From NCBI RefSeq assembly GCF_009914755.1, contig NC_060930.1: a stretch of 64,000 nucleotides of DNA, one strand, 5' to 3'. The position numbers and the translations under genes are program-made. Under the pieces are notes generated by a model. It searched no databases. It worked only from the letters and a program-made list of their open reading frames with translations, and was not told the origin of the DNA. Each line of letters starts with the position of its first letter. Position 1 is the first letter of the stretch. Below are positions 1 through 15,303 of the stretch, in pieces. Source of the DNA: the human T2T-CHM13v2.0 reference genome, Homo sapiens.

Positions 1-117
<117 letters not shown>

Positions 118-119
118 TA

Positions 120-1300
120 ATTTTTTGAGCACAAAATATGTACTGAGAGCCACGCAAGAAACAAATTCGACTTATTCCATGCTCTTGAGAGGTCATGAGG
201 GGAAACAGAATGATACATAAGTAACTCTGAGAGAATATGCTGCACATGCTAAATCCTGTGCAAGTAAGATATAGGATTTTAGAGGAAGGGAGAATGACTT
301 CTGATTGAGCTGACTAGAGAAGGCTTCAGTTTTTGAGTTAGGTGTTACGAGATTGGGAGACTTTTCTCAGCATATCTAACAGAAGAGGGTATCCGAGGTG
401 AGAGTGTAAGGCCTGGGCAAGGGTTGGGAGGCAGTTCTAATACTGAATGTTCTGACTGTGGTTTACTATGTATTTCAGGTTATTTTGTTTAATCTATCCA
501 GTAATCCTTTCATGTAACAATTATGATGTGTGTGTTTTAGGTGGGGCTACTAAGGCTAGTAAGTAGTGAGGCTGGATTTAAACTTAAGTCTCCAGCTTCG
601 TGGCCCAGGTTCTTTATACTTGACTCCACACTGGGCTTATTAAGTGAATGACAAGGAGTTTGATTTGTCGAGGGCCGAGGATATGTAGTGAAAGGTCATA
701 GACTATAAGGCTGGCAAAGAATGGTGGAGCTGGGGAACGGAAGATCTAAATGCCAAGGTAAGCTTGGACATTATTTAATAGAGGCAATGGGGAGATACTG
801 AGGATTTCTGAAGAGGGTTTCTAAGTAGTGCTTTAAAAAGATCTCTGGGTTGCAGAGGCAAGAAATAGGAGGAACACCAATTACAAAGCCCCGACCGAAA
901 GCCGAGTGAGATTTGAGGGTCAGCCATGGAAATGGGAATGAAGGGACAGATGTGAGACATTTCAAAGGATAGACTGCAGGAATTCTGGCAAAGAATGGGT
1001 TGGACAGTGATGAAGAACACAGAAACAGCATTGATGCCTACATCTGGAGCCTGTGTCTTAATAATTTTTGATCAGGGAGACCTACAATACATTTTGTATT
1101 GTGCCCCACAAAATCATGTCGACAGCCCTAGATGATGTCATGGACAGGTATGGGGCATGAGGAGAAAGAGTTGCCAGGGAAAGGCTGGCTCACATTTTAG
1201 ACATGTGGAGCGTTAAGGGTCAGCAAGACATCAAGGGCGATGTCAGGCAGGTAACTGGAAATGCAAACTGGTAGTCTCAGAGTGACGCTGAGTCCAGTGG
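120..1300 (-). mobile_element. Degraded L2 fragments with a MIR piece (~480-630)
   Basis: Purine-rich text resembling antisense L2; MIR-like ggatttaaacttaagtctccagc; boundaries approximate. Confidence 0.45.
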
Positions 1301-2315
1301 TGGGGCTTTGGAAAGAACATGTATCTCTAAGAGGAACATGACATAATGGAAACCCAGAAATCCTGTCTTGAGCGGACTCAGGGGCTGCTTCTAGGTAATT
1401 TAGTTCATTTCTACTGAAGTCATTATATTTAAAAGTATGGCCGCACTGAGATGGCCACTGTAGCTGCTGCCACCTCTTAGCTTTGGTCTTAAAAAAAAAA
1501 AAAAGTAATAGAACTTCCTTAAAATGTCTTTCTAGCCTTTGGATTTCTCTAATTCAGATTTGCGTCTTCCCAAGGGTCAAAATTATATTTTTACTATCCC
1601 TGTCTTAGGTATTTCCAAAACTTCGTCTTAAGACTTAGTCATTTTTTTCCTTCAATTTGACATGACTGCTAAAGACTTTTGGCATGTTCCTCCTCCTTTC
1701 ATTTGTGATGTAATTAAGTTGGTCTGTAAGTCTTATTTTTAAGATGTTCTAGACCAAGAGACTGTGAGAATAGCTTACAGTCATTTCAACTAATTTATGT
1801 ATTTTAAATTTAAAGTATTGACAGTGGTGAAAACCTGTTCAACAAGCAGATGATGTTATCTTATATATTCACAGAGTTTAGTAACTGAGCCAACTACTTC
1901 ATTCACAGTTCAAAATGAAAACAGCTAATTCTTTTAAGTAAGTATAGATTCTACTCTTTAAAAGAGTTATCTAGGAGAGCTACTATAATACTATTATAGA
2001 ATAAGTGAAATTAAGTTATCTGACTGGGACTGGGGTGGAATATTGCACAGTTTATTGAGAAATATGGACTGTTTTTGCACATTCATAATGGACATTTGAG
2101 GTTTGTTAGGGGAGGAGGTGTCATCTTTATGGCACTTTCTGGCTGGGAAGGGAGTCAGTCCTAATTGAGATAATAACTAGCCACCTGGCCACACACAAGT
2201 GTGTTTTGCCTTAGTTACCTGTCACACACTGAGCAGTGAGACTCAAGAGAGTGTCAAAGTACTTTTCAATGCATAAAGCACTACAGATCTGTCCACACTG
2301 TTGTGAGTGAGCAGG

Positions 2316-2358
2316 TTGGCACGGTGCCTGTGTGCGGGCGTGTGTGTTGACTCACGTG
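2316..2358. promoter_or_regulatory. Candidate enhancer motif cluster (NFI, KLF/Sp, overlapping AP-1 and E-box)
   Basis: TTGGC-acggt-GCCtg 2316-2330; GGGCGTG 2336-2342; TGACTCA 2348-2354 overlapping CACGTG 2353-2358; several retained CpGs in non-repeat DNA. Confidence 0.45.
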
Positions 2359-3922
2359 CTGTCCTGTGATCTCTCAGGACTCAGGTCCTGAATTGCTCTG
2401 TTGTGACTGAAGCCCAGCTGAAGGTGCTGGAAGTGCAGTGACCCTGGAGGAAGAACCAGTAACAGCAGAGGGTGGATGAAAGGGAATTGATAGTTGTGTA
2501 AGAATAGATATCTGCCGTTTTTTGTAAGCCAAGACACCTTTACCCTTCCAGTAATTGTTTCATCTTTTAATATCATTTGGCTTCATTTACAGAATCTGTA
2601 TTAAAGCAAAAGTCAGCATGTAAGGTGGTATTTTGACCACATTTGTCTGCTGTTGTGCCTTCTGGGTGAACTGAAGTACTGGCTTACTGACTAGTAAATA
2701 TGTTTTCTGACAATTATAGGGAAGGGAAGAAAAGGAAAGTCCAATTAAAGCATTTTTCTCCTCAGAGTTTGAAAAATAGAATTCATGCAATCTTTTAAAT
2801 TCCATGCCAACACATCAGACAAGAAGAGACTTGATAGTAGTAAAGGTTGGGAATCAAAAGAACAATGTAAGTTTTTGATATTGACTTCAAAACATGGTGT
2901 TCTATAATTTAGTGTTCATTTGTTACGTGTATGGTATTATAATTAATTTTGTATATGTGGTAGTTATTTTTTGTACTTTGATTAGGAAACAAATATTGAG
3001 CCACTTCAAGAGGCAGACTATTTTGGAAAAAAAAGTCTGGTAAAAGTAATGCTTAATCTAATTAATCTGTCTTCATCCTCTTAATTCATCAAGATGACTT
3101 TGGGTGTCTGGTGGCAACTGAGAATGGGTTATGGAAGAACGTCAAGGCAATGTAATCCCTATTATTTACGGTTACTTGAGAGGATAAATTAATCAGCGGT
3201 CACTAATCTTTGGATAATCACTCTATTGAGCTGGAACTATCCTTAGTATTTTGGAAAGCAAGTCAGTGAGTTAGAACTGTCAAAACTGATCAGCTTTTCT
3301 AAGCTTAATGATAAGTGAATAGAAACTAGTTGCCTTCAACCCTTTCCTCCCTGCATTGCAGCATGATCATTCTGTAACTCTGGAAATGGTTTATGGAACA
3401 ACAGTGAAAATACATTGATACACTGTCTTGTGGTAGATTTTCAGATAGGCTTTAGACAAAGTTCAGAGCCTTTCCTCTAGCTGGGGATTAACAAAGCTGC
3501 CTTCATAGTTAAATGTTTGCACCCTGTGTATGCATTTTCAGTTACTAGAATTAGGTAAGTTAGTGTTATAAAATTGGTTTGAGTGTGGATTGTTTAGGAA
3601 GTGAGTCTTTTGGTGGCAGCAATTCTGTTATGCATTAAATAGATACATATTTTGAACTAGTCGACATTGTTTCAGTCTGTATTTATTAGATGCTGGGGTG
3701 GGTATGGGAATAAAGAAACGTATGAGGGGTCTTGGAAAAGTTCATGGAAAAAATGTACACTATGAAAAAAAACTGTGCATGGATTTCAAAATATTTTTGA
3801 ACCAAAATCAACTTGTACTAACTTGTTACAACATGTCTGAACTTGTTACAACATGTCTGAACAGTTCGAGACATTAAGAAATGATATCGCACCAGTTTTT
3901 AAAAAGCGCCTATCAGGGTAAC

Positions 3923-5130
<1,208 letters not shown>

Positions 5131-5644
5131 AGTGTATATTTTCATTATCTTTTAATTTCATTCTTTAGTGAATTTTTTGAGGTCCCCTTGTATACATTTT
5201 AATCCTAAGGGAATAAAGAAAGGAGGAAGTCCTAGCCCTGTGCTGTCTGCCTAGGTACAGTGTCTGAAACACAGACCAGTATTCACCCTTTGAAATTTGA
5301 GGTTTCCATTCAGGAGGTTCTCAAAGAGAATAAATGAGATTGCTATGCAGGTGGAATCAAAGAGCACACGGCTTATTTATCATAATCAAAATAATGCCAT
5401 TTTCATAACAAACTTCACCTGCTTATGTACATTGTAAATTGTTGCCTTGATAAGCTTCCCGGAGATAAAGTAATTCAGCTAAGTATTATTTCCAATCATA
5501 ATTTTGTGTCATTATGAGCAACACAATACTATATATGGGATTGATTCACTGCAGAACTGGAATAAATATAAATTAGATCTTTAGAAAAGAAACGTAGATT
5601 TAAAAATCTTATGTTAGAAGGCTCAATTAATTAAATGTAATTAA

Positions 5645-6475
5645 TTTTTTAAAATCAGCTTTATTGAGGGACGACTTAGATATTATATAATTCACAAATT
5701 TTAAGTGTACAGTTTGATAGTTCTGACAATCAAACTGTATACAATCATGTAACCACCATCACAATCATAATATAGTGTGTCCATCACCCCAGGATGTACC
5801 CTCGTGATCCTTTTTGCAGTTAGTCTTTTTCCCTTACATTCTGGCTCCTGAAAACTTGATCTGCTTTCTGTCACTATAGCTGTGCCTTTTCTAAAATTTT
5901 ATATGAATGGAATCATACAGTGTGTTTTCTTTTGTATCTGTTTTTCACTCAGCATGATGCTTTTGAGATTTCTCCTTGTTGTGGTATGTATTAGTAGTTC
6001 TTTCTTTTTTATTACTAAGTAGTATTCCATTGTATGCCTATGCCACATTTTTTTTTTTTTTTTTCGAGACAGAGTTTTGCTCTGACATCCAGGCTGGAGT
6101 GCAGTGGTGTGATCATGGCTCACTGCAGCCTTGACTTCCCAGACTGAGGTGATCCACCTGCCTCAGCCACCTGAGTAACTGGGACCACAGGTGTGTGCTA
6201 GTCTGTCTAATTTTTAAATTGTTTGTAGAGATGGGGGTCTCTGTATATTGCCCAGGCTGGTCTCAAACTCCTGGCCTCAAGCAATCCTTCTGCCTTGGCC
6301 CCTCAAAGTGTTGGGGTTACAAGTGTGAGCCATCACACCTGGCCTACCACAATTTTTTATCGATTCACATATTGATGGATATTGGGTTGTTTTCAGTTGT
6401 TGCCTATTATGAATAGAACTGCTATGAACATTTGTATGCAAACCTTTGTTGGGATGTATGTTTTTATTTCTCTTT
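5645..6475 (-). mobile_element. Old L1M 3' end, interrupted by an AluJ (6048-6344, -)
   Basis: ctttattgag...aaattttaagtgtacagttt...atgaatggaatcatacagtgtg...gctatgaacatt, typical of antisense L1M 3'UTR. Confidence 0.8.
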
Positions 6476-6599
6476 TGTACATTAAATTTAAATTTAAATT
6501 TTGTTCTGTATTATTTGTATTTTTAAATTTCTCAAGTGGGTAATACTGTGTACTTTTTTTTTGAAATTAAAAAAATTGTGGCTGAACAAGGAGATAAAA

Positions 6600-7350
6600 A
6601 AGTAGGAGTGAGAGGACTCTGGAGAGTTACAGGGCTTTGGTTTAGAGGATTGGATGAATAGTGGTGCTGCCAATAAAGAAATTTAAATATGGCTGATATT
6701 TCCTATATTTAAGAAAGACCAAAGAGGGTCCATTGAAATGAGTCAGTGGGAAATCTCTGATGACTTCAGCCAGCACGCTTTCATCGGCCTGGATATATGG
6801 GAAGTGAAGTCTGATTATAGTCTGTGGAGCAGTGAATGGGAGGAAGAGATAGGGGTACAGGCTAAGAAGGGAGGAAGTCAAGTCAAAGGGAGAAGTAGGG
6901 TGGTAGCTAGAGGAAGATTAGAGTCAAGCGAGGGTAACAATTTTTTTTTTTTTTTGAAGATAGGAGTAGCTTGAGAACTAACTTAAAGAAGGAGCCTGTA
7001 GAGAGGGAGGAGGTGAAGTTACTAAAGGGCTAATTGATGGGGTAAGGTTCATGAGCAGATCAGATCTTTACAAGGAAGGTTCTTGCTGGGGGGCAAGATT
7101 CAAAACCCCTATTCAGAACCAGGAGAGAAGAAAGTAAGAATGGGAGCAAATGTAGGTAGGTTTGGTGAGGATCAGGAAATGGAGGGGAAGAGGTCATTAA
7201 ATGTGGTCCTGGGGTTGAGCAGCAGATTGGAAGAGAATGGCAAAAGTTTGGGAGCTGATTAGTGATAAGGAAAAGGTTTGAGAATCCGATGAAGATTAGA
7301 AACCATGCATTTGTAGTGAAACTTGTTTCTAAGATTGTGCCCTTACCCAC
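6600..7350 (-). mobile_element. Probable degraded L2
   Basis: GA-rich text resembling antisense L2 ORF2; low identity. Confidence 0.4.
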
Positions 7351-7640
7351 CTCCAGCTGTGCTCTGATAGGTGAACTATACAATTGATGTAAGGCTGGCA
7401 GATAATCAAAGCCAAGAAATTTCATGTTTTCTATCTATTTTCACTTCCGTGCCATATAGCTTCTCTCATATAGTACTCATATGTTTTGAGTTTTTGGTGA
7501 AGCTGATTAAACATTTAACAACTTTTTTTTTTACATTTTTTATTGTGACAAAACATATATAGCATAAAATTACCATTCTGGTAAATTTACCAAAACCCAT
7601 TTATAGCATAAAATTTACCATTTTGGTCAACTTACTGTAA

Positions 7641-7740
7641 ATTACTGCCAGTTCTGTACAGCCATTTGTTTAATGCAGTCTGCTCTAATACCCTCCAAGG
7701 CAAAATTGCAAATAAAAACCTGTTTTGATTTCTACTTAAT
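7641..7740 (-). repeat. Inverted copy of 9293-9393, flanked by ~40-bp imperfect inverted repeats
   Basis: Its reverse complement shares tttttatttgcaattttgccttggagggtattagagcagactg and flanking sequence with 9293-9393; both ORF translations contain FLFAILPWRVLEQT. Confidence 0.93.
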
Positions 7741-7809
7741 TTTGGTAAATTTACCAAAAGGGCAAATTTTATGCTATAAATTTTTTTTGTTTTGACATTT
7801 AAAATATGT

Positions 7810-8378
7810 TTTGTAAAAAAAATTGACAGATAAAATTGTATATTTAACATGCATAATGTGATGTTTTGTATTATGTATAACATGATGTATATGTCATACA
7901 TAACATATATACATTGTAGAATTGTTAAGTCTAGGTAATTAACAAATGCATTACCTCACACAGTTATCATTTTTGTGGTGAGAACATTTTAACATCCACT
8001 CTCTTTAAATTTTTCAAGAATAAAATTTTATCATCTGGTCATGGTGGCTCACGCCTGTAATCACAACACTTTGGGAGGGCAAGGCGGGAGGATTGATTGA
8101 GACTAGAAGTTCTAGACCAGTCTAGACAACATACTGATACCCCGTCTCTACAAAAAATAATAAAAAAGAATGCAATATTGTCTAAATTTCTTGAATTTAT
8201 TTTTCCTACCTAATTGTCGTTATATATCCTTTAACCAACGTCTGCCCATTTCCCTCTCCTCTCTAACCAGTCCAGCCTCTGAGACCATTGTACTTTCTAT
8301 TTCTATGAGATCAGCCTTTTAAGATTCTACATGTCAGTGAGGTCGTGTAAGTATTTGTCTTTCTGTACCTGGCTTGTT
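7810..8378 (-). mobile_element. L1MA-type 3' end containing an Alu monomer (8035-8168, +), nested in an older L1MB-like end (7530-7575 and 8378-8460)
   Basis: aattgacagataaaattgta...gcattacctcacacagttatcatttttgtggtgagaaca; the older element resumes at tttaccattgtcaccatttataaagtgtacaa. Confidence 0.7.
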
Positions 8379-8562
8379 TTACCATTGTCACCATTTATAA
8401 AGTGTACAATTTAGTGGCATTAAGTACATACAGAATGCTGTTCACCCATTACTACTGTCCTACAATTTTAATTTGAGGCATGACTTTGTCATCTCTCTTC
8501 TATCCTTTGTACCATTCTTGATCTATAAACTCAACAAAGTCCTTAACTGAGTAGAATATTTT

Positions 8563-8928
8563 TGTATGTGTGTATAGATGTGTGTGTGTGTATATAGGTA
8601 TGTATAGATATAGATATAGATATAGATATAAAATTTTTTTTTGAGACAGAGTCTTGCTCTGTTGCCCGGGCTGGACTGAGTGGCATGATCATGGCTCACT
8701 ATAGCCTCTACCATACAGGCTCAAGCAATCCTCTCACCTCAGCCTCCCAAGTAGCTAGGACTACATGCATGCACCACCATGCCTGGCTAATTAAAAAAAA
8801 ATTTTTTTTTTCTAGAGATGGGGTCTCTGTGTTGCCTAGGCTGGCCTCAAACCTCTAGGCTCAAGCAGTCCTCCTGCCTTGGCCTCCCAAGGTGCTGGGA
8901 TTATAGGAATGAGCCACCGTGCCTGGCC
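8563..8928 (-). mobile_element. AluJ (8632-8928) next to a (TG)n/(TAGATA)n microsatellite
   Basis: Antisense Alu dimer preceded by the simple repeat. Confidence 0.9.
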
Positions 8929-8969
8929 AGTATTTGTATTTTTGATACTGAGCTTAATTTTGGCAAGTG

Positions 8970-9160
8970 CTGTGCAAGGCACAAATTGTGGTGTTAGCTT
9001 TCTAACTATTTGTTGTAATTATTTGTTAATGTCTGTCTTTCCTAGTCATGGAAAGTCCATGAGTGCAGGGGCTGTGTCTGTCTTGTTTACAACTATATTT
9101 GCGCTGGCCAGCACAGTGCTTTACACATAGTAGACATTCAGTGATGTTTCTGAACAAATG
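8970..9160 (+). mobile_element. L2 3' end
   Basis: tccatgagtgcaggggctgtgtctgtcttgttt...cagcacagtgctttacacatagtagacattcag. Confidence 0.7.
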
Positions 9161-10199
9161 AAAGTCCTTCGCTGCAAGAAGAATTTATTTCAGTTTAATA
9201 AGTTCTTTCTGAATGCTTCATATGAAGTAGGCAAAATTTGTATTCACATATTAATACAGATTATAGGTATGGCACATTCCAATGTCTATTTAATTAGTAG
9301 AAATCAAAAAGAGTTTTTATTTGCAATTTTGCCTTGGAGGGTATTAGAGCAGACTGTGCACTAAACAAATAGCTGTACAGAATTGGCAGCAATAATCCCA
9401 AAGTTTGAAGGCTGTAGGTTAATTAGGATAACTTGACAGGAAGTGAGTTAATCAAATTTGAGAGTTTAATCTTCCAATAATTTATGTTCAGACATACTTC
9501 AAGTATATCAGCAGGTAACAGGAACTTTAGTTGCAGAATGCCCCAAAACACAAGAACTCCAGTGGATTTTCTGGCTTCCAGGAATGTTTTGGAGGAAGAA
9601 AAACCAATAAAATGATTTGGGGGTCATTTTGTTCCATTACTCTATATTAAATATACTAGAATTTAAAATATTAAATTTTAAAAGATAAAAAGATGCAGTT
9701 TACCTATTAACAAATTAAATAATTTAGGAATTCTACTTAGTTCTGTAATACTTTAATATGAGTAAATATGGGCATTTCTGTGTTAGCTAGAATTAGGTAG
9801 AGTATTGCCATTTTTTTCAACTGGCTTATGGTTAAATGGAAGTAAAGGGGCAAACTACACATATAAGAATTAGTAGTACAATATTTAATACACCCCTGTA
9901 AGAGTTATCACAGTGTGTCCTCTGTGAAAAGTAAGGGCTCCATGTGTGCTTGTGAAAAAGGCCACTGGAGGCCCTTTTCAAAAATTAAATCTGCCTCCAG
10001 CAAGGTGTTTTTCGATCACATGGAAAGGGGAAGAAGAAGCTATCAGGAGCTCTGGGGTTTTTTTTGTTGTTGTTTGTTTGTTTTGCCACTTTTAACTCTC
10101 AAGCTAAAACTGGGGTTTCATTTGAGGAACCAGTAATAGAAAATTTCTTATGTACATTCAGCAAAATCTAGTACTGAGTGGTTACTTTGGCTTTTCATC

Positions 10200-10625
10200 G
10201 TGGGGATTGTGTGTGTGTGAGTACATGCACGCACTTGTGTGTTTAAGCGTGTAAGGCAGACAGACAGTGGGTACAGGTCTTTGAAATGGACTTCTTGGCA
10301 AAAGTAATAGAGAAAAAGAGGAATACAAATAAGGGAGGAGGGACAGGGAAGAGCAGAGTCACAGGAAACAGTGAATGAGGCTGCAGTCTCAGTCGCCCTT
10401 TCTTTGTCCCTCCAGTGTTGTTGCCTGTCTTATGATGATGCTGGTTTTCAGCCAACCTTGAGTGAGTAAAAGCCGGGTCTGAGGTCTCAGTGCCTGCGTG
10501 GCTGATATGAGCAGCTTGCATTTCTGACTGGGCCCTGGAGCAGCAACAGCACAGATTTCCAGGAACAGTTCCTCTTGTCATTTTTATTCCTGAGTCATCA
10601 AATTTAGTTATTCAGACGTCTGCTG
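10200..10625. promoter_or_regulatory. Candidate enhancer in non-repeat sequence
   Basis: Higher-GC unique stretch with TGAGTCA at 10591-10597, TTCCAGGAA (STAT-type) at 10557-10565 and the palindrome cagacgtctg at 10613-10622. Confidence 0.3.
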
Positions 10626-11461
10626 TTCCCAGCTACATACAGATCAAACAAGCAGGGAATTTTTTTCTTTCTCTTCTCTCCCTCTTTTTTTTGTATTTCC
10701 ATCTTGTTTTGTATACCTTTTCTTTGTTTAAGTCAAGCATTTGAACATCACTAGTTACCATTTCCTTTAGCAAGCATAGGACTTCTGTCTTACTTAAATG
10801 TCTTCTAATGCTGTGATGTGTCACAGTTAGTTGAGACGTTAAAGATGTTCCATACATGTGACTACATTGGTAAATCTCAAAAACATCATATCGAATGAAA
10901 AGACAAAGTTGTGAAATGTCTGATGTGATGCCATTTCCTTAAAAAGTCATGTAAAGCAATCCTACCACATCTCATAGAATCTAAAAGGCTATACTGATGC
11001 TAAGATGCACTATTATTTTCTGTACACTGAGAAAGGGGGAAAATTGCCACTTAAATTGTGATGTAATGTCTCATTATGGATTGTAAGATACATCTACATT
11101 TTAGAAATGGTATAATGTTAAAAATATGCATTTTAAATTGAAGGTAAATTTAATTAAATTATTTCAAAGGAAATAAGGTAAATGTATTTTATTGAAGCAT
11201 AGTTATGTAATAAAAATAGAAAAGCATGCATAGGAATGCTATTTAGCCAATACAGGATGTGGTAATCTCTATAAAGGGAGGGAGGGAAATGGAGGGGGGA
11301 GGCCAGAGGAGGGGCCTCATCTCTGTAGTTTATTTTTTAAAATTATAAAGCAAATATTACCAGAGTTAAGATTTTACAAAATTCATTGGTAAGCACCTAT
11401 AATTTTCTGAGTGCTTTCAGTATTTCATAATGAAAAGTATGTATTTTAAAGGTACGTTATC

Positions 11462-11553
11462 TATTTATTTTTATTTATTTTTTTTGAGACAGTGTCTCAT
11501 TCCATCGCCCAGGCTGGAGTGCAGTGGTGTGATCTTGGCTCACTGCAACCTCC
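11462..11553 (-). mobile_element. Truncated Alu (3' ~90 bp)
   Basis: Poly(T), then gagacagtgtctc...cactgcaacctcc, then an abrupt end. Confidence 0.9.
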
Positions 11554-11809
11554 TTAAAGCTACATTATTTAAAAGTCACATACAAAGCAAGTTGCAGAAG
11601 CCTGTATGTAGTGGATTCTATTTTTTTTAAATAGTATTTAATTGTATGTTCTTCTACACTTTTTCCTATGTCCATCTTACCATAGCTGTGCCTTTTTTGG
11701 TGGAAGTGAGGACAGATTGCTTTCCACATCTCCATTTTTGTGTCTGAATTAAAAGATGGACAAGTATCATGTATTATCTTAGTAGTCATCAAACAAGGAA
11801 AAAGGTTTC

Positions 11810-12114
<305 letters not shown>

Positions 12115-12802
12115 TAATGGTAAAGATGTCATGGAATGAATAGGATTGGCTGGCATTATTTCTTGCTGTTAATAAGCAGTGAGAAATGTTTCCATTATAT
12201 GTTTCTTTGAAGCCAGCTTTCTGGTTGCTCCCTTATTCTTTCTTTCTCAGGCATGTGGTATCTAGAAAGGGTCAGGAGTACCTTGATAAAAATTATTGTA
12301 CAAGTTGAGCAAAACTCAGTAGTATCATGCCTAGAGATCTGATAAAGAGGCACTTTTAAAATAGAGCCTTGAAGCTAACAAACTTTTTTTTTTTAACCCC
12401 TTTACTGAAACCTAAAAAGAGGTCTGCAGTTTTTCCCTCCTGTCACCAGATGAAAGGGCTGTAGTAGTGTTTGCTTATTCCTCAGGCAGTGAGGAATCAA
12501 AGGACTGAAGGGGTGTTTGTTTTATCATACTACTTGTAGGGACCCCTTACCTCCTATACCCATGAAAAAGGAATATTTCTTATATCCCATAATATTCTTT
12601 TAGTATCACACTTAGGTTTTAATGTCCTTACTGTTAGAGTAAAATAATTTGGGCAAGACCAATTTTTTAAATGGCAAATATAGTCACATCACTTGATTCA
12701 GAATCTCACTCCCTAGCATCTCGCGTAATGACTCATAAGAAAGAAAAAGCTAAATGCATGAAGAGGTTCACTATACCATTACTATAAAAAAGTAAAAATT
12801 TG

Positions 12803-13126
<324 letters not shown>

Positions 13127-13661
13127 TGAAGTCAACTTAAATGCCCCCAAATACAGGAATGGTTAAATGCTGATGACCTACTTTATGTACTATGATGCAA
13201 ATGCAAATGATAATGGTTACTGTGCAGCAACATGGAAGAACTTGGTGAAAGCAGGATGTACCACATGACTGTAACTCCAAAATGTGCTTGCATGTGAGGA
13301 GAGATCAAGGGAATATAGAAAAATGAAGACATAGTTGTGTTAGGGTGGTAGAATTTTGAGTGGATTTCTCCCCCCACTATTGGTAAAAATTTTTGTACTT
13401 AATTCGTTGTGGGCAGCCAGATCTTTTAAAGGTAAATTTGAATTTCTCTTTAAGAAAATGGCAGACAGAAGGATGGGGGATACTAGAAAACTAAAAGTAG
13501 TGCCCCCTTTGAAGATAAAACTAAAACATTTTAAGCCTGGAATTGCTTTAGCAGTACATGTATTGATTATTTAATTTTGTCCTTTAGAAGAAAGTTGGCC
13601 CAACACAATTACATGGAAGTTGGGTTATTGAAGAGGATTGATAAAAGAAGTGGGAAGGTCA

Positions 13662-13995
<334 letters not shown>

Positions 13996-14989
13996 TTATT
14001 CTTTTGTACCACCAAATAAACCGAATTTTTGGACCAACTTTACTTTAGTCAATATTTGGTTATTTGCTTTGAAGCTATTTGTTTGCAATAATGCAATTAA
14101 CATCCTCAACAGAGCCAAAGTCTGACCCTGAAATGGCAGCATCTTAACTAATTTTATCATTTGAATAGAAATTGAACCCTTTGAGGGCATGAAGTACTAT
14201 TTCTTTTCTCTATACTTCTTGTTTTTGGTTTTTGCTTCACCACCGATTTATGACTACCAAAACCCCACAGATCCTGTAATTAACTCACAGCTGCCATCTT
14301 GCCACCGTAGATAGAATTCAGGAGCTGGTGATGAATGGGGAGAGAATAGAAAAACTAATAGACTGTAAGAATTTTAGACCTCTGTGGCCTTGCTGAACAA
14401 TTAATCCAGCCCCTTCACTTTACAGGTAAGTAAACAAGTCCCAGGGACCCAGCAGTGAACCTGTGTCTTAGGACTTCAAATCTAGTGCACTTTCTGTTAT
14501 ACTTCAAGGAGAGAACTGGAGGGAGAGCGAAGCCAAAATACTGACATTTTAGAGGCTGCTTTTTAAGAAAGGATAGGACATTGGACTTGGTGTCATTATC
14601 ATGTTAAGTTATAGAATTTTTAAAAACACTACCACTCCAAAACAAAAATAGGTAAAAGATACGAACAGGCAGTTCACCAAAGAAGAAATACAGTAGGCAT
14701 GAAAGAATGCACAACATAATTTAAGAAATGTAAATAACAAATATCTATTGCTATCTCAAGAGAAAACATTTACTATGAGCTTTATTATTCAAACCATTGG
14801 CCTCATAGGGCTTCTTGTTGACAATCTACCCTAATTTTAGGAAATGTAATTATAACATAAAAAAATGAATGCAAATGATAAAAGACGAAGTATAACCCGC
14901 TCAATAAATTTTCTGAAAGTTATAGTAGTTTTAAACCTCTTTTTATTCATTCCCTCCAGTTCTGTCTAGCACCTGTAAAGATGAATTAT

Positions 14990-15303
<314 letters not shown>

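Noticed and set aside
7600-7780. Novel MITE with 40-bp TIRs
   Set aside because: The inverted repeats derive from adjacent L1 sequence and the core from a nearby locus, with no clean TSD; reported instead as a repair scar.
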